This document shows, piece after piece, positions 48,263 to 60,959 of a stretch of 64,000 nt of DNA; within the stretch, counting starts at the first letter, position 1, and every line of letters begins with the position of its first letter. This DNA is from Utricularia gibba (Eukaryota > Plantae > Magnoliophyta). Position numbers and translations under genes: made by a program. The notes beneath the pieces are model-generated. The model made no database searches. It was given only the letters and a program-made list of their open reading frames with translations, and was not told the origin of the DNA. Location of the stretch: the NCBI GenBank assembly GCA_002189035.1, contig NEEC01000016.1:1736001-1800000 (forward strand), given 5' to 3'.

Positions 48263-49444
48263 ATGGAGACCTTCTTGTTCACCTCTGAGTCCGTGAATGA
48301 GGGGCACCCAGACAAGCTCTGTGATCAGATTTCTGATGCAGTCCTTGATGCGTGCCTTGAACAGGATCCTGAAAGCAAGGTTGCCTGTGAAACTTGCACC
48401 AAGACCAACCTAGTCATGGTTTTCGGTGAGATCACGACTAAGGCCAAGATAGATTATGAGAAAATCGTGCGAGACACATGCCGTGGAATCGGATTTACTT
48501 CTGATGACGTTGGTCTTGATGCTGATAGATGCAAGGTTCTTGTCAACATTGAGCAGCAGAGCCCTGACATCGCTCAAGGTGTCCATGGTCACTTGACCAA
48601 GCGTCCAGAGGACATCGGAGCCGGTGATCAAGGCCACATGTTCGGCTACGCCACTGATGAGACTCCGGAGTACATGCCCCTGAGTCATGTGCTCGCTACC
48701 AAGTTAGGTGCCCGTCTCACTGAGGTGCGCAAGAATGGAACTTGCTCCTGGTTGAGGCCTGATGGGAAAACTCAGGTGACTGTGGAGTACTTCAATGACA
48801 ATGGAGCTATGGTTCCTGTTCGAGTCCACACAATCTTGATCTCAACTCAGCATGATGAGACTGTCACCAACGATGAGATCGCCAGAGATCTCAAAGAGCA
48901 TGTCATCAAGCCCGTCATCCCAGGGAAGTACCTCGATGAGAAGACAATCTTCCACCTCAATCCGTCAGGCCGGTTTGTCATTGGCGGCCCTCATGGTGAT
49001 GCTGGACTCACTGGCCGCAAGATCATCATTGATACCTATGGTGGTTGGGGTGCTCATGGTGGTGGTGCCTTCTCAGGCAAAGACCCTACCAAGGTTGACC
49101 GCAGTGGTGCATACATCGTTAGACAAGCTGCAAAGAGCATTGTTGCCAGTGGCCTTGCTCGTCGTTGCATCGTTCAAGTTTCGTATGCCATTGGCGTACC
49201 CGAGCCATTGTCTGTTTTTGTTGACACCTACAAAACTGGGAAGATACCAGACAAGGAGATTCTGAAGATTGTCAAGGAAAACTTTGATTTTCGGCCTGGA
49301 ATGATTTCCATCAGCCTCGATCTGAAGAGGGGTGGAAATGAACGATTCTTGAAGACAGCAGCGTATGGCCATTTTGGAAGAGATGACCCTGACTTCACTT
49401 GGGAGACTGTTAAGCCTCTCAAATGGGAGAATACCCAGTATTGA
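48263..49444 (+). CDS. SAMS: S-adenosylmethionine synthetase, copy 1 (canonical), 393 aa
   Basis: [54 protein letters not shown]. Single coding exon. Confidence 0.98.
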   Translation: METFLFTSESVNEGHPDKLCDQISDAVLDACLEQDPESKVACETCTKTNLVMVFGEITTKAKIDYEKIVRDTCRGIGFTSDDVGLDADRCKVLVNIEQQSPDIAQGVHGHLTKRPEDIGAGDQGHMFGYATDETPEYMPLSHVLATKLGARLTEVRKNGTCSWLRPDGKTQVTVEYFNDNGAMVPVRVHTILISTQHDETVTNDEIARDLKEHVIKPVIPGKYLDEKTIFHLNPSGRFVIGGPHGDAGLTGRKIIIDTYGGWGAHGGGAFSGKDPTKVDRSGAYIVRQAAKSIVASGLARRCIVQVSYAIGVPEPLSVFVDTYKTGKIPDKEILKIVKENFDFRPGMISISLDLKRGGNERFLKTAAYGHFGRDDPDFTWETVKPLKWENTQY

Positions 49445-50050
49445 ATCCACACCACTTATCCATTGCTGTTGTACCCATATCTTATACTGCGGGCCACCTT
49501 TATTCTTTGTTGGTGTCGTTTTTCTGGTTTTCATGGCTGGTCTGTAGCTCGTGTTTCCTGAGTTTGTCTTTCATACGTGGATGTACTAGAAGAAACCTGG
49601 TAATAAATGCTTTGGCTTCTAGAATACCAGTAGACCCTCTTTTCTAACCGGAGGTGAAGACAACCGGTCGATCTCTAGGACAGCTGTTTTGATTGCTCCA
49701 AATGCTAATTAGTTAATTCTAGTGACCGGGAATTATTATTAATAAATCACATCTGGGCTCTTGTTTTGCTGTCGATCAGTTTTTGCTTTCATCTGATAAG
49801 CATCCTTTTGAGCGATTATCTGGTACGGTTGCAACTGTTCGATTTGCTTTCCTGTCTGAAACAATTTTGATCAAGCTGCTTTTTTGTTTTGCTTGATCTA
49901 ATAGAACGACCCTTCAACTGGTGTTGATGAAACTTTATCTGATTCGTGATCCAGCTGCTTTTTCTTTTTCTTTTTTTGATGTTCTGACAGAAGGAGATGA
50001 ACTGAAACGAATTTGTTGTTATGATTGTCAAGAATTTGCAGGTGAAACTA

Positions 50051-51229
50051 ATGGAAACATTTTTGTTCACTTCTGAATCTGTGAATGAGGGACACCCTGA
50101 CAAGCTGTGCGATCAGATATCCGATGCTGTACTGGATGCTTGTCTGGAGCAGGATCCAGACAGCAAAGTTGCTTGTGAAACTTGCACCACGACCAACTTA
50201 GTGATGCTCTTCGGAGAGATCACAACGAAGGCAGATGTGAACTACGAGAAAATCGTGCGTGACACATGTCGGGGTGTCGGATTTACTTCCGATGATGTTG
50301 GTCTTGATGCAGACAAATGCCAAGTTCTTGTTAGCATCGAGCAGCAGGATCCGGATATTGCTCGAGCAGTCCATGGAAACTCGAGTAAGCTTCCGGAGGA
50401 GATCGGCGCTGGTGATCAAGGGCATATGTTTGGTTATGCTACAGATGAAACTCCTGAGTACATGCCTCTCAGCCATGTTCTTGCTACTAAACTGGGTGCT
50501 CGCCTCACTGAAGTTCGGAAAAACGCAACGCTCCCGTGGCTGAGGCCTGATGGGAAAACTCAGGTGACTGTGGAGTACTACAATGACAATGGAGCCATGG
50601 TTCCTGTTAGAGTCCACACCATCTTGATCTCCACTCAGCACGATGAAACAGTCACCAATGATGAGATCGCCAGAGGTCTCGAGGAGCATGTCATCAAGCC
50701 TGTTATCCCTGACAAGTATCTTGACGAAAAAACTATCTACCACCTCAACCCTTCAGGCCGTTTTGTCATCGGGGGACCTCACGGCGATGCCGGGCTCACA
50801 GGGCGTAAGATTATCGTTGACACATACGGAGGCTGGGGTGCACACGGCGGTGGAGCCTTCTCAGGTAAGGACCCCACCAAGGTTGACAGGAGTGGCGCTT
50901 ATATAGTTAGACAGGCAGCCAAGAGTGTCGTCGCCAGTGGGCTTGCTCGCCGGTGTATAGTGCAGGTGTCGTATGCGATTGGTTTACCAGAGCCTCTGTC
51001 CATCTTCGTCGACACTTTCGGAACCGGCAAGATCCCAGATAAGGATATATTGAAGATTGTGGAGCAGAACTTTGATTTTCGACCAGGGATGATCTCGATT
51101 AACCTCGACTTGAAGAGGGGCGGAAACGGCAGGTTCTTGAAGACGGCAGCTTATGGTCACTTTGGAAGAGACGATCCGGACTTCACTTGGGAAGTTGTTA
51201 AGCCCCTCAAATGGGAAACAACCTCCTAG
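50051..51229 (+). CDS. SAMS: S-adenosylmethionine synthetase, copy 2 (divergent loop), 392 aa
   Basis: Intact ORF with GHPDK, GAGDQG and GGGAFSGKD, but [17 protein letters not shown] replaces [17 protein letters not shown]. Acceptor TTTGCAG| at 50041. Confidence 0.96.
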   Translation: METFLFTSESVNEGHPDKLCDQISDAVLDACLEQDPDSKVACETCTTTNLVMLFGEITTKADVNYEKIVRDTCRGVGFTSDDVGLDADKCQVLVSIEQQDPDIARAVHGNSSKLPEEIGAGDQGHMFGYATDETPEYMPLSHVLATKLGARLTEVRKNATLPWLRPDGKTQVTVEYYNDNGAMVPVRVHTILISTQHDETVTNDEIARGLEEHVIKPVIPDKYLDEKTIYHLNPSGRFVIGGPHGDAGLTGRKIIVDTYGGWGAHGGGAFSGKDPTKVDRSGAYIVRQAAKSVVASGLARRCIVQVSYAIGLPEPLSIFVDTFGTGKIPDKDILKIVEQNFDFRPGMISINLDLKRGGNGRFLKTAAYGHFGRDDPDFTWEVVKPLKWETTS

Positions 51230-51449
51230 CCATCTCTGCAAGTGACTACTTTTGCCACTGTGATGTGCTTATGATTCAGGAACTTTAAATATGAGCGGAC
51301 GCAAGCTACTGCTGTTTTGTATGAACCAGAGGCCACCGAAAAGTGCATTGTAGCAAAAACAGAACCAGTTCAGCAAGAGACACACTCTAAATCCATCCCA
51401 CCAACTCGCAGCATATCATTTAACAGAAACACGAGATGGAAATGTTGAT

Positions 51450-52508
51450 CTAATGGTGAGGGCAGAAGGTGACCAAGTAGCTACCGCCAGAGCATGTGGC
51501 GATGCTGGTGGGATCATCGTAGGCGTAGGAGTAAGCTCTCGGGCAGGCGGCTTTGAAAATCTTCGAGTACGCCGTCGGCTTGCACGACTGTGGATTGCCG
51601 TAGCTACCTGTGCAGCAGTACTTGGGGGAGTTGAAGGCAGAGCAGGCACTCTTGCACGCCATGACTCGTTTTTGATCGAAAGATCGGACCTGAAGCCCCA
51701 CCGGACACATCGCATTCAGGTCGGAGACACACCCTGCGTAGCTGCATTTCCCTGCAATAACAAATGAGGCAAAGCACAATCTGTGGCTCGTCTTCTGTAT
51801 AAGCAGTTCTTACATACGGGGATAGTAGAAAGAAAATAAAAAGTTCAGTCAACACTACAAGTAGCCAAGATGCATCATCTGCGAACCTACTTTCAAGCAA
51901 TGGATAAAAAACGTCACAAAGATACTAAAAAACTAAAGCTTCGGAAGTTGTGTACCTGAACCACGAAACGGCATGATGGAAATCGCAAGATTGTAGCCAT
52001 CCACAAGACTCACATCGTAGAAATCCTGCTCATTACCGAGCGTAATCTCAGCAAGAGTCGCGGGTGGAGCACCCCCAAGGCCATTGCAGAAAAGGGCACC
52101 ACCGCAATCTCCAGTGGCGCATCGGCCGCGCCCTTGGGCGTTGAATGAGCAGCCGTGTCGCCCCCAGACACGGCCGGACCACCCAGATGGCAGCTCCAGA
52201 GTGTACGCCTTATTCGGAAGCAACTCGAATCCGCCCTTGGCCAAGATCGGCTTCCCACTGCTAGGTTGAATGCCTGGCCACACGGGATGGCCGCATTTGT
52301 TGTACAGTGTCATCGCCGTACCCGACACTTGAACTGAAAACAACAGCACAGAAAAACAAAATCAGCGTCAAATGTGAACCCAGGCAGCAAAATGTGAAAA
52401 AAGAAGCTTCAGATTTCCACCCCAGAACAATGTACCCGAGATTTGGAAAGCGAAAACGGCGACACAAAGCCAGGGCAGAAGAGGAGGTCTCCCCAGTGCG
52501 GACTCCAT
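51450..52508 (-). CDS. TLP: Thaumatin-like protein (PR-5 family)
   Basis: Exons 52508-52436, 52333-51956, 51751-51450. Signal-like N-terminus, NKCGHPVWPG, SGRVWGR, CATGDCGG, PPATLAE, DFYDVSLVDGYN, CKSACSAF, FKAACPRAYSYAYDD. Confidence 0.95.
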
Positions 52509-53213
52509 TGCATCCACAAAAAGTGAAGACCCGCTACACAAAAGAACCAAACCTGGTCTGGGTTTCACTTTTTCAAGGAGACCTTAAAACTCAAACCACG
52601 TGGTCTTTCGCCTTCACCGATTCCCTCTCCCAATAGCAATAGCCAGCCACCCTTTTCCTTTTAATTTCATTTTGGGTTTGCAAATGATTTAATTTAAATA
52701 TGATAAAAAAGGAAGGGGGTCACCGCCACCCCCGCCCCCGTCCAGGCTTCGAAAAGGCAAAGGGCCCGGCCATCGAGGATGTGGGGCCCGGTATCCAGAA
52801 TAATCCATCACATCATACCCCCTACTGCCTTGCCTTTGTAATAATTTGTTGGGCAAAGTAATAAATTTTTATAGCAATCAATTATTGGCGCTCGGAAAAT
52901 TAGAAATAAATCCACCTAGCCTTTGAAAATCTTTAGACAAATGTCCATCCTAACAAATCTATTATTTAGATAAAAATCCTACCTATTTATTTAGTTTTAT
53001 AAAAAATTGATTCATTCATAAAAAATGTTTGGTTAAATGTTTGATTTTTTTTGTAATATTTTCATTTAGAAACATGAACTTGATCATTACAAAGAAAAAT
53101 AGGAGAATGCTAAATTAATTTCAACCAGCCATATAAAAGGATCAATGAGTAGTGATACATTGCACGATTTGGAATTCATCACAGTGGTTTTCATGCTCAA
53201 ACTATGATGATAC

Positions 53214-56200
53214 TGTTAAGGGTGAAAACTGGTTAAGTGGGTTGGGTTGGATTTTCGGTTATGGAGGTGATCGGAAATGCAACTTTCGTATCCCTCCTCT
53301 CGTGATCCATTCGGTTTTACCAGGCGAAATGAATGTAGGCCGAGATTTTTTACGTCTAAACCGTCATAAGACGGAAAAACCACGGAGCTATCGGAGGTCG
53401 TCGGAGAAGGTTTTTTAATAGTGGGATGTGGTGATGGAAAGTATAGGTGGGAGGTCTGGGATCGAACCCCCCTCCGTTATGATTTATAGGGGAGGTTGGT
53501 CTAGTCGAATTCCCCTTTTATGCAAATATTGGTCACTCATTGTACTTGTACTATGACCTTACTTTTCAGACGATCGCCGCCCATTTTGCTATGATTCGAC
53601 CGCTTTTCAGATTGTGCCATACGGCTGTCGCTGCAAGTCTCTAACACATATCGGTCTGTCGGTAGACACTGTCTCCTCAGAGCTTTTTTTGGCAGCCTTT
53701 TCAGAGATCGATTATCTTCGTCCGGTTTATACCCCATCATTCAGCCCCTCTGATCTGTCGATATTGGTTGATCCAAGGCAATTCGGTGGATCAGAATTAC
53801 TACCGCGCCGATTTCAGATACGCCGCTCTTCTATGAGTAGGTCTCGAGCCGATTGAGACCGAATTCCTTGCCACGTGTCACCTCCCTGATTGTGCCACGT
53901 CTTTCCTGCTCATTTTGGGCATCTCGAGCGTCGCATCGTTTCGCCTCCCGAGTACTTTCTCTATAAGTACGTGCTCCTCCCTTTGCTTCCTCTGTTCACT
54001 CGCGGGATCTTAGCCTTTTTTGTGCCCCGCCACTCTCGTCCGTTGCCTTCGCTGCCGTACTGCCACCCCGAACTATGAATTTTAAGGTACCAGTCAACGC
54101 TTCACACTCTCTGCAGGGCTTTTTTGTGGGTTTGGTTGGATTCCCTTCCTTCTTCTGCCGTCTTCCCTCTCCTAGATTTTGTTTATCTCTAGGATTGGTT
54201 CCTCTTTTTGTTTTTCTGAACATGGGTAGAAGGTCTAGTGAATTGGATCTCCCTTCTCTCCGCATCCGGTATTCGATCCCTGATGAATACCAGGTTTTTC
54301 ATGCCCGGGATACCGAAATCCCGTGGGGATTAGGTGGGAGTTCGCTTCCTCCCTTCAGCTTACCGATCACCATTGCTTATTTTGAAAGCGGTCTATGGTT
54401 TCCTCTTCATCCCCTAATCGTCCAATTCCTATACACCTTTACAGTACCGCTTTATTGCCTCGCCCCTAATTCCATCTTTTGTTTCGCTACGTTTTTAGTC
54501 TATTCGGCTGGTATGGATCCGGCTATGACTTTAGAGGATTTTCTCCACCTTTTCAAAATTGTTGTACGAAAAGCGAAATCCCCAATGGATGGTCATTCTC
54601 ATTTCCAGTTCCGCCAATTTGAAGATAACCCTCACTTTATTGTGAAAGCTCCCGACACCCACCATGATTGGTGGTCCTCTTTTGTCTGGGTGGCACCTCC
54701 CTTGGGTTTTCGGTAGAACTTTCCGATTGATCCCCCTAGTCCCTTCAGAGTGAAACTCTCTGATGTGTATCGGTCCTCATCCGAATCTAGAGAGGCTTTG
54801 TACGAAAGACTGAGTCGAGGCTCCTTCCGATTCAAAACTCGGGCCCTCATGTTTTTGGGTGAATCGCTGAAGAGGTCCGGCGTTATCGGCCGTTCTCGAG
54901 ACCCCCACTCGCCAGATATCGTGCCCTCCGAAGGCACTGGTTTACCAACTCCTCCTTTTGGCCCTTCTTCGAGTCTCCGACTCGTCCCGATTTCATCCCC
55001 GAATACCCGAATTGCTCAACCCGTGGCCCCCAAGAAAAAGAAAAGGGTCAAGGCGTTTGCCCATAAACCCTCTCAGAAGCCAAGAGGTAGTTAGGTTTCG
55101 TTTTTTCGAGTTTCAGATTCGTCGTGGGGTCTTACGGTTTCCGCTTTTCGTTTGCAGCTGACGATATGGCCTGAAGAAATGCCTTAGAGGATTCGGTGAT
55201 GGCTTGCTTTTCCGCGGAGATGCAGAGGTCGGAAGCAACTCCTCCTGTACAGGTTTATCGGGTATTTATCGATTGCTATAGGTTTCCGACTCCGACCTTC
55301 AATTTTTCTTTCAAGTTAGTCCTTCTGAAGTCCAACCGAATGTCGCTAACCCCGCTGTTGGGGAGGGTCAAATAACTGAAGTCTCCGGGGCCCATGATCC
55401 AACTCCCCCTCTAACAGTCGGCAAGGGGAAAGAAAGGATCCCGCCTTCTCCCGATCTTAACGAAGCCCCGACTTGCGACGTAGGGCTCCTGTCGGCGGGC
55501 ACTTCCACATCGGCTCCCCTGGATGAAACACAAGGGGACCCCGCTCCGATAGAGGTGGCAAACGATCCAAATCTTCCTCTGTCTTCAGTTCCTGCCAAAT
55601 TAAGGAGGATGCTAGATGAAGCCGTGACGAGTTTTCCGGACGTTCAGTCGGAAGTTATACTGACAGGGATTTGGAAGGTATGACCCCTTCTTCTTTTCGG
55701 TACCATTCATGACCGATTCTTAACTTTGTAGTTTCTCTCTAGGCACTGACTTTCGGGTGGGGAATGGCCAAGAAGATTGGCTCCCAACCAGAGGAGGTCC
55801 TTCGGCTTCAAAAGCAGGTGGAAGCCCAGGATGCGAAAATGAAGTTGATGGTTGAGGAAGGGAGTTCTCTGCGGAGCATCCTTGGAAAGCGTGATCTTCG
55901 AGAGGAAGAGTTGCGAAATGTGATTGAGGAGATGGGGAAGGCGGTTGACGACGCCGAATCAGAGAGGGAAGGCTTCAAGGTAAGGTTGGAAGAGACGGAA
56001 GCCGAATTAAATGAGGCCAGAGATCGGATTGCGACTCTAGAAGCCGACTTATTAAGTCGGGAAGCGTCTCGATGGGACCTTCTGGAGAGTTTCGTCAACT
56101 CAGCATGCTTTTCGGAGTTATCCGATATCCACGCAGGGGACCTGATCGGTTTGCTCCTCTATCGGCAAAGGCGTCAAATTTGCCGAGAATTCGGGTTAGC

Positions 56201-58838
56201 GATCACAAACCCGCGTTTTGACAGGGTCGATCCCTTGAGGAAAGACAAGAACATGTTGGATGTTATCGCTGATGTGTACCAGCTCCTGAATTTGGATCCG
56301 AAGCAGATCGGGAACGACTGGTAGCACTCATCCGGGTGAGAATCGAACGAGAGAACGAGGTCAAGCTGTGGGCGAGGTGTCGGGGGCATGTTGGCCCCTC
56401 GGTCGGTCCTGACAACGATCCTCCTCCTCCCCCTGAAGTTTAACCTCTTTATCTTTTCTTTTGCTGAACTAATGTTCTTGTCCTTGGTTCCGGGGTTTTT
56501 GAATACTTTGGAATCCCAGTTTGAGATTCTTCTTTCTGATCTACTTATCTCTTACTCCAATTGCCTTTACTGATTTTATGAGTTGCATGATTCGTCAATC
56601 ACCTGACCGGGTTTCTCGTTTGAGTCCTCTCTTATAATCGTGCGATTGTCGCTGAAGGCATAACTCGGGACCTTCCATGGCTTGAGTTATCTTCTTAATC
56701 CAACAAAGGTCCTTTTGGGAAAGTCTCATGCTTTTGGGATATTTTCGTATCTGCTTCGAGTACGATTACCATATCGGGATTTGAGAACATGGGCTTTGTA
56801 TAGAGCTTTTTCGGGGGTTTTCCGGGGCTTGTGTGAGCTGATCGAAGAGACCGGTGCCCGAGTTATATTAGGGCTTACCCTTATTATTGGAGCCTATGCT
56901 TTGGAGATCATATGCTTAGAAGATAGCTCCGAGTCGGTTTGTAGTGCTCATAACGAGGTTTAGATGTGGGGGATTCGCCCAGGCTTTTGTGACCCAGGAA
57001 ATGGGCGTCTTTTCGCCAACCCTTTGGTTGGGATTTTTTTATTTTTGGTTTGCCTTAGTACTTCCTTACGCGAGCCGAACCGTTGCTATGGAAGTACACC
57101 AGGACCCCTAACGGGTTGAGTAATTTCCCCAATCCGATTGGGCCCTCTTCTGGCCGGAATCTCATTGTTTTGAACATGGGCGAATTTGCTTTGGGTGCTC
57201 TTGCCAACTCGAGGTTCGGCAGTAAGGTTTGAACTTAAGAGCTTTTTCGGGGCTTACGCACACGGTTTGAGGAAACCGCGCCCGAGTGGTACCAGGGCTT
57301 ATCCTTATCATTGGGGCCTGGGTTTAGAAGGCTATAAGTATATGGCGGGGGTTGAATGCGCCGGCCTATTTCGGCAATATTCCCCCTTGAATGACAAGGA
57401 TCCCCCGATTTTGATATGTGGTGCCCAACAGGGGGCATTGATTTACGAGGTTTTCCTGGGCTTATATGACTTGGCCAGGGCTTATGGTTTTAGAATGGAA
57501 GGATTTGCCTGGGCTTATGTGACTCGGCCAGGACTTGTAAGGTTTTTAGCTCAGCTTCGCTTTAGAGGAATTTATTGCCGCTTGCGTACTTTGGTGAAGA
57601 GAGTACCGAGTTTAGCAAGAACCTGCGATGAGGATTGGTATCGAACCGGTTGGGCGTAGAATCTCCTCATATGGGATGCATTCCATGATCTTGGAAACTC
57701 CACGTCATCTAACCGTTCTAGACGATAAGCCCCTTTTTTGATCACGCTCAAAGTCCGATAAGGGTCTTTCCAATTGCATTCTAGTTTTCCTACATGCCTT
57801 TGTGGCTGGATGTTCCGAAGCACCAAGTCTCCTTCCAAGAATTCCCTTGGGGATACCAACTTGTTGTAACTCTTTTGTGTTCTTTCCGGATGAGCCCCTA
57901 GTCAGCCATGAATATTCTATCGTTTTACTTCCAATAATTCCAGCTCCAGTTTTCGTAAGATAGCGTTATCCTCCTTGTTGTAGTATTCCACACTGATCCA
58001 ACTGGACTACCAACTACCCTCCGAGATCTTCGAGTTTGGCCTTCATTCTTTGTCTGATATTTATTCAAGAGGGCATCCATTCTCCCTTCCCATTCCTGGC
58101 TCGTGGGTGACTTGGTTTATGTGTCTGAGGAATATTCTGAGATCAAGGGTTGCCCTGAAGTTGGGGAGAACTTCCATCGAAAGGGGGCCTTCAGCTGCTC
58201 CCTGTTGTTGACCATAAGACCGGGGTTTTGCATGCCGGTGTTGTTTAGTGAGTGGTTCTTGTGGATTTCTCGAGTGGGACTGTGGAACGTAGCCCCACAG
58301 TGGGCACCAAAAATATTAAGGGTGAAAACTGGTTAAGTGGGTTGGGTTGGATTTCCGGTTATGGAGGTGATCGGAAATGCAACTTTCGTATCCTTCCTCT
58401 CGTGATCCGATCGGTTTTACCGGGCGAAATGAATGCAGACCAAGATTTTTTACGTGGAAACCGTCGTAAGATGGAAAAACCACGGAGTTATCGGAGCTTG
58501 CCGGAGAAGGTTTTTTACTAGTGGGATGTGGTGATGGAAAGTACAGGTGGGAGGTCTAGGATCAAACCCCCCTCCGTTATGATTTATAGGGGAGGTTGGT
58601 CTAGCCGAATTCCCCTTTTATGCAAATGTAGGTTACTCATTATACTTGTACTATGACCTTACTTTTCAGACGATCGCCGCCCATTCTGCTATGATTCGAC
58701 CGCTTTTCAGATTGCGCCATACGGCCGCGCTGCAGGTCTCTAACACATATCGGTCTGTCGATAGGCATTGTCTCCTCAGAGCTTTTTTTGGCAGCCTTTT
58801 CAGAGATCGATTATCTTCGTCCAGTTTATACCCCATCA
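53214..58838 (-). mobile_element. Retand/Tat-like Gypsy element, gag-pol deleted, both LTRs present
   Basis: LTRs 53214-53739 and 58314-58838. Perfect TSD GATAC. PBS TGGTGCCCACTGTGGGGCT (tRNA-Lys type) after a TTTT spacer at 58309-58291. Only a gag start and the integrase tail (GDLVLR...W..PY...GAYRL...SWNASH) remain. Confidence 0.94.
54222..56324 (+). pseudogene. Antisense accessory gene of the Retand-like element (Transposase_28-like domain, NLS, coiled coil), nearly intact
   Basis: MGRRSS...LRIRYSIPDEY...DWWSSFVWVAPPLGFR*(TAG)NFP...PKKKKRVK, probable introns, then coiled-coil ORF 55764-56324. Confidence 0.82.
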
Positions 58839-60959
58839 GATACTATCTTTAAGAGAGAGAGAGCATATGAAAACTTTATACTTGAGAAAATTAGTAAAAT
58901 ATATATTTTAGAAAAAGTCATTGGTAAAATACCCTAACCTGAGAAAAGATTTGTAAAATATATATTTTGTACGATTGTGTATAAACTTGTCACCATAGTA
59001 GCAATGAAATTTTACACAACCTAAGTCAATCACATGTCTCTTATTATTTGGCCAATTCCCGATGGTTTGTCAAATGAAAATGAATAAGCCTCCGTGCTCC
59101 CTATGGTGTGTCATTATTTAGCAATCATTGGTGTCTTTTGCCAAATGCCCTATAATTTTTTTCCTTTTGTAAAAATTCATAGTCGTATATGATTGTTTGC
59201 AATATACATTTTTTTATAATTTACTTTTCATACTATCAAATAATATATGAAAAACTAATATTTTTAATATTTATTATTGTTTAAATTTTTTTTATTTACT
59301 TACTTAAAAATCTTTATGTTATCAATACTATCGAGTAATCAATATTAGATTTTTAATAATATTATATTTATAAGTTTTTCATTTTATATATCATTATTTA
59401 TTAGTTTATAAATTTTTTGGTTTTATGATTTTATGGGATGTGGTGCAACATCATTATTATGTTTTAATTACATTTGTATATTTTTTTCGTTTATATGATA
59501 TTACGAAGTGAGGTGTATCATTCATTATAGATTTTATTATGTTTGTAAATTTTCTGATTATCATGTTTTGTATATACATAAGTTGTATACATACTTATCA
59601 ACATAACCAAAATATATTTGATGAATCAGACCTATTTCATTTGTAAAAATACATATTTTGCAATTAATATTTTTCTTATCAAATATTTTTTATATTATCA
59701 AATAACATATAGAAAAATTAGCATTGTACTATATTAAAATTTAATTGTAATAATAAATTTTTAATTATTAATTGTAAACTATATTAGTAGGGTGCAACAT
59801 TTATTATCGGGTTTTAATTATTTTGGAAAACTTTTTTCTATTTTGTTATCCTACAAAGTGGAATGTAACGTTTATAACTATTGGGTTTAAATTTATTAAT
59901 TTTTTTCATTATTCGGTTTATTTATATTATATTAATAATTTTATTGTTTATAAATCTATATTCGTCAATTTATAAATCCTAATGAAGTAGTTTTATATTC
60001 AATATTAGGTTTTAATTATAGCATTTTTATAACTTTGAAATATGAAAAAACAGAAAATTTAAAAAGATTGATATTTTGCTAACAATACTTATAAAACTGG
60101 TATATTACTAACAAATTTAAACGATAACAATCCTACTTCATTTTTTTAGAGAGGAGACAACTTTATTTACCATTCCTTTTCTCCAGCTAGTAAATTTCCT
60201 CATTTGCTTACTTGATTGTGATTTGGAGCTTGATGTAAAATCAGATGAATGGGGGTGCAGTATTGAATTTCAAATAGGGGCATATGAAAACTGGATCGTG
60301 GCTGGTGGTTTGTCATAGGAAGAAAGCCGAAAACTAGAGAAAGATGGAGGACGTGAATCTAGAGACAATAGATTACTATCTCGTTTAGAAGGTCGCACTA
60401 AGGTGGAGTCATCCAACAAAAGTTGGGAGGCATGGGCCATTAGTTGATCGTCATAACTGAGACCTAAAAGTGGTGATGCATTCAAATCAACTGGATTGAA
60501 TGCTCTAGTCCTCGTAGGCCGATCTTTCTTTTTCTTTTATTATTGGTAATTCACAAGTCCCTTGTACCTTGTTGCTTTATCGCAACCCAATTTGATTCTC
60601 CATCTAGAGAGATCAACGAGAAGACGAAAATATGATGGTGACCAATCTCGTTCGTCTCTTATAGAATGAACTTTGCTATTGTAAATGCTCAACATTTGAT
60701 GATAGTTGATAATAATCACTAGTTTTGTTCTTGGGGTTGATCCAAAATCGATGACATGCCTGATAAAGAAAGGTTAATAGATTTGAATTGTATATTATAT
60801 TGTAGACAGAGTTTGTTCATATACCTTTTGTGTATGACTACAGGGATATCGGTCTAATTGCCACATGCCACAATCATAGTTTGACATCTATCTTGTGAGT
60901 TCATTCGCCATGCAAGTTAGTTAAGGTACTAGTCTCGAATGCTCAATTAACTCTTTAAG

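Noticed and set aside
50021-50050. 10-aa extension ([10 protein letters not shown]) of SAMS2
   Set aside because: It spans a canonical acceptor (TTTGCAG at 50041), so it is most likely intron sequence. It cannot be excluded without transcripts.
48410-51241. Long antisense and alternative-frame ORFs over both SAMS genes
   Set aside because: These are shadows of GC-balanced coding sequence and have no recognisable motifs.
58900-60110. Possible MULE-MITE with AT-rich inverted ends
   Set aside because: The inverted similarity is too weak in very AT-rich DNA, and no TSD could be verified.
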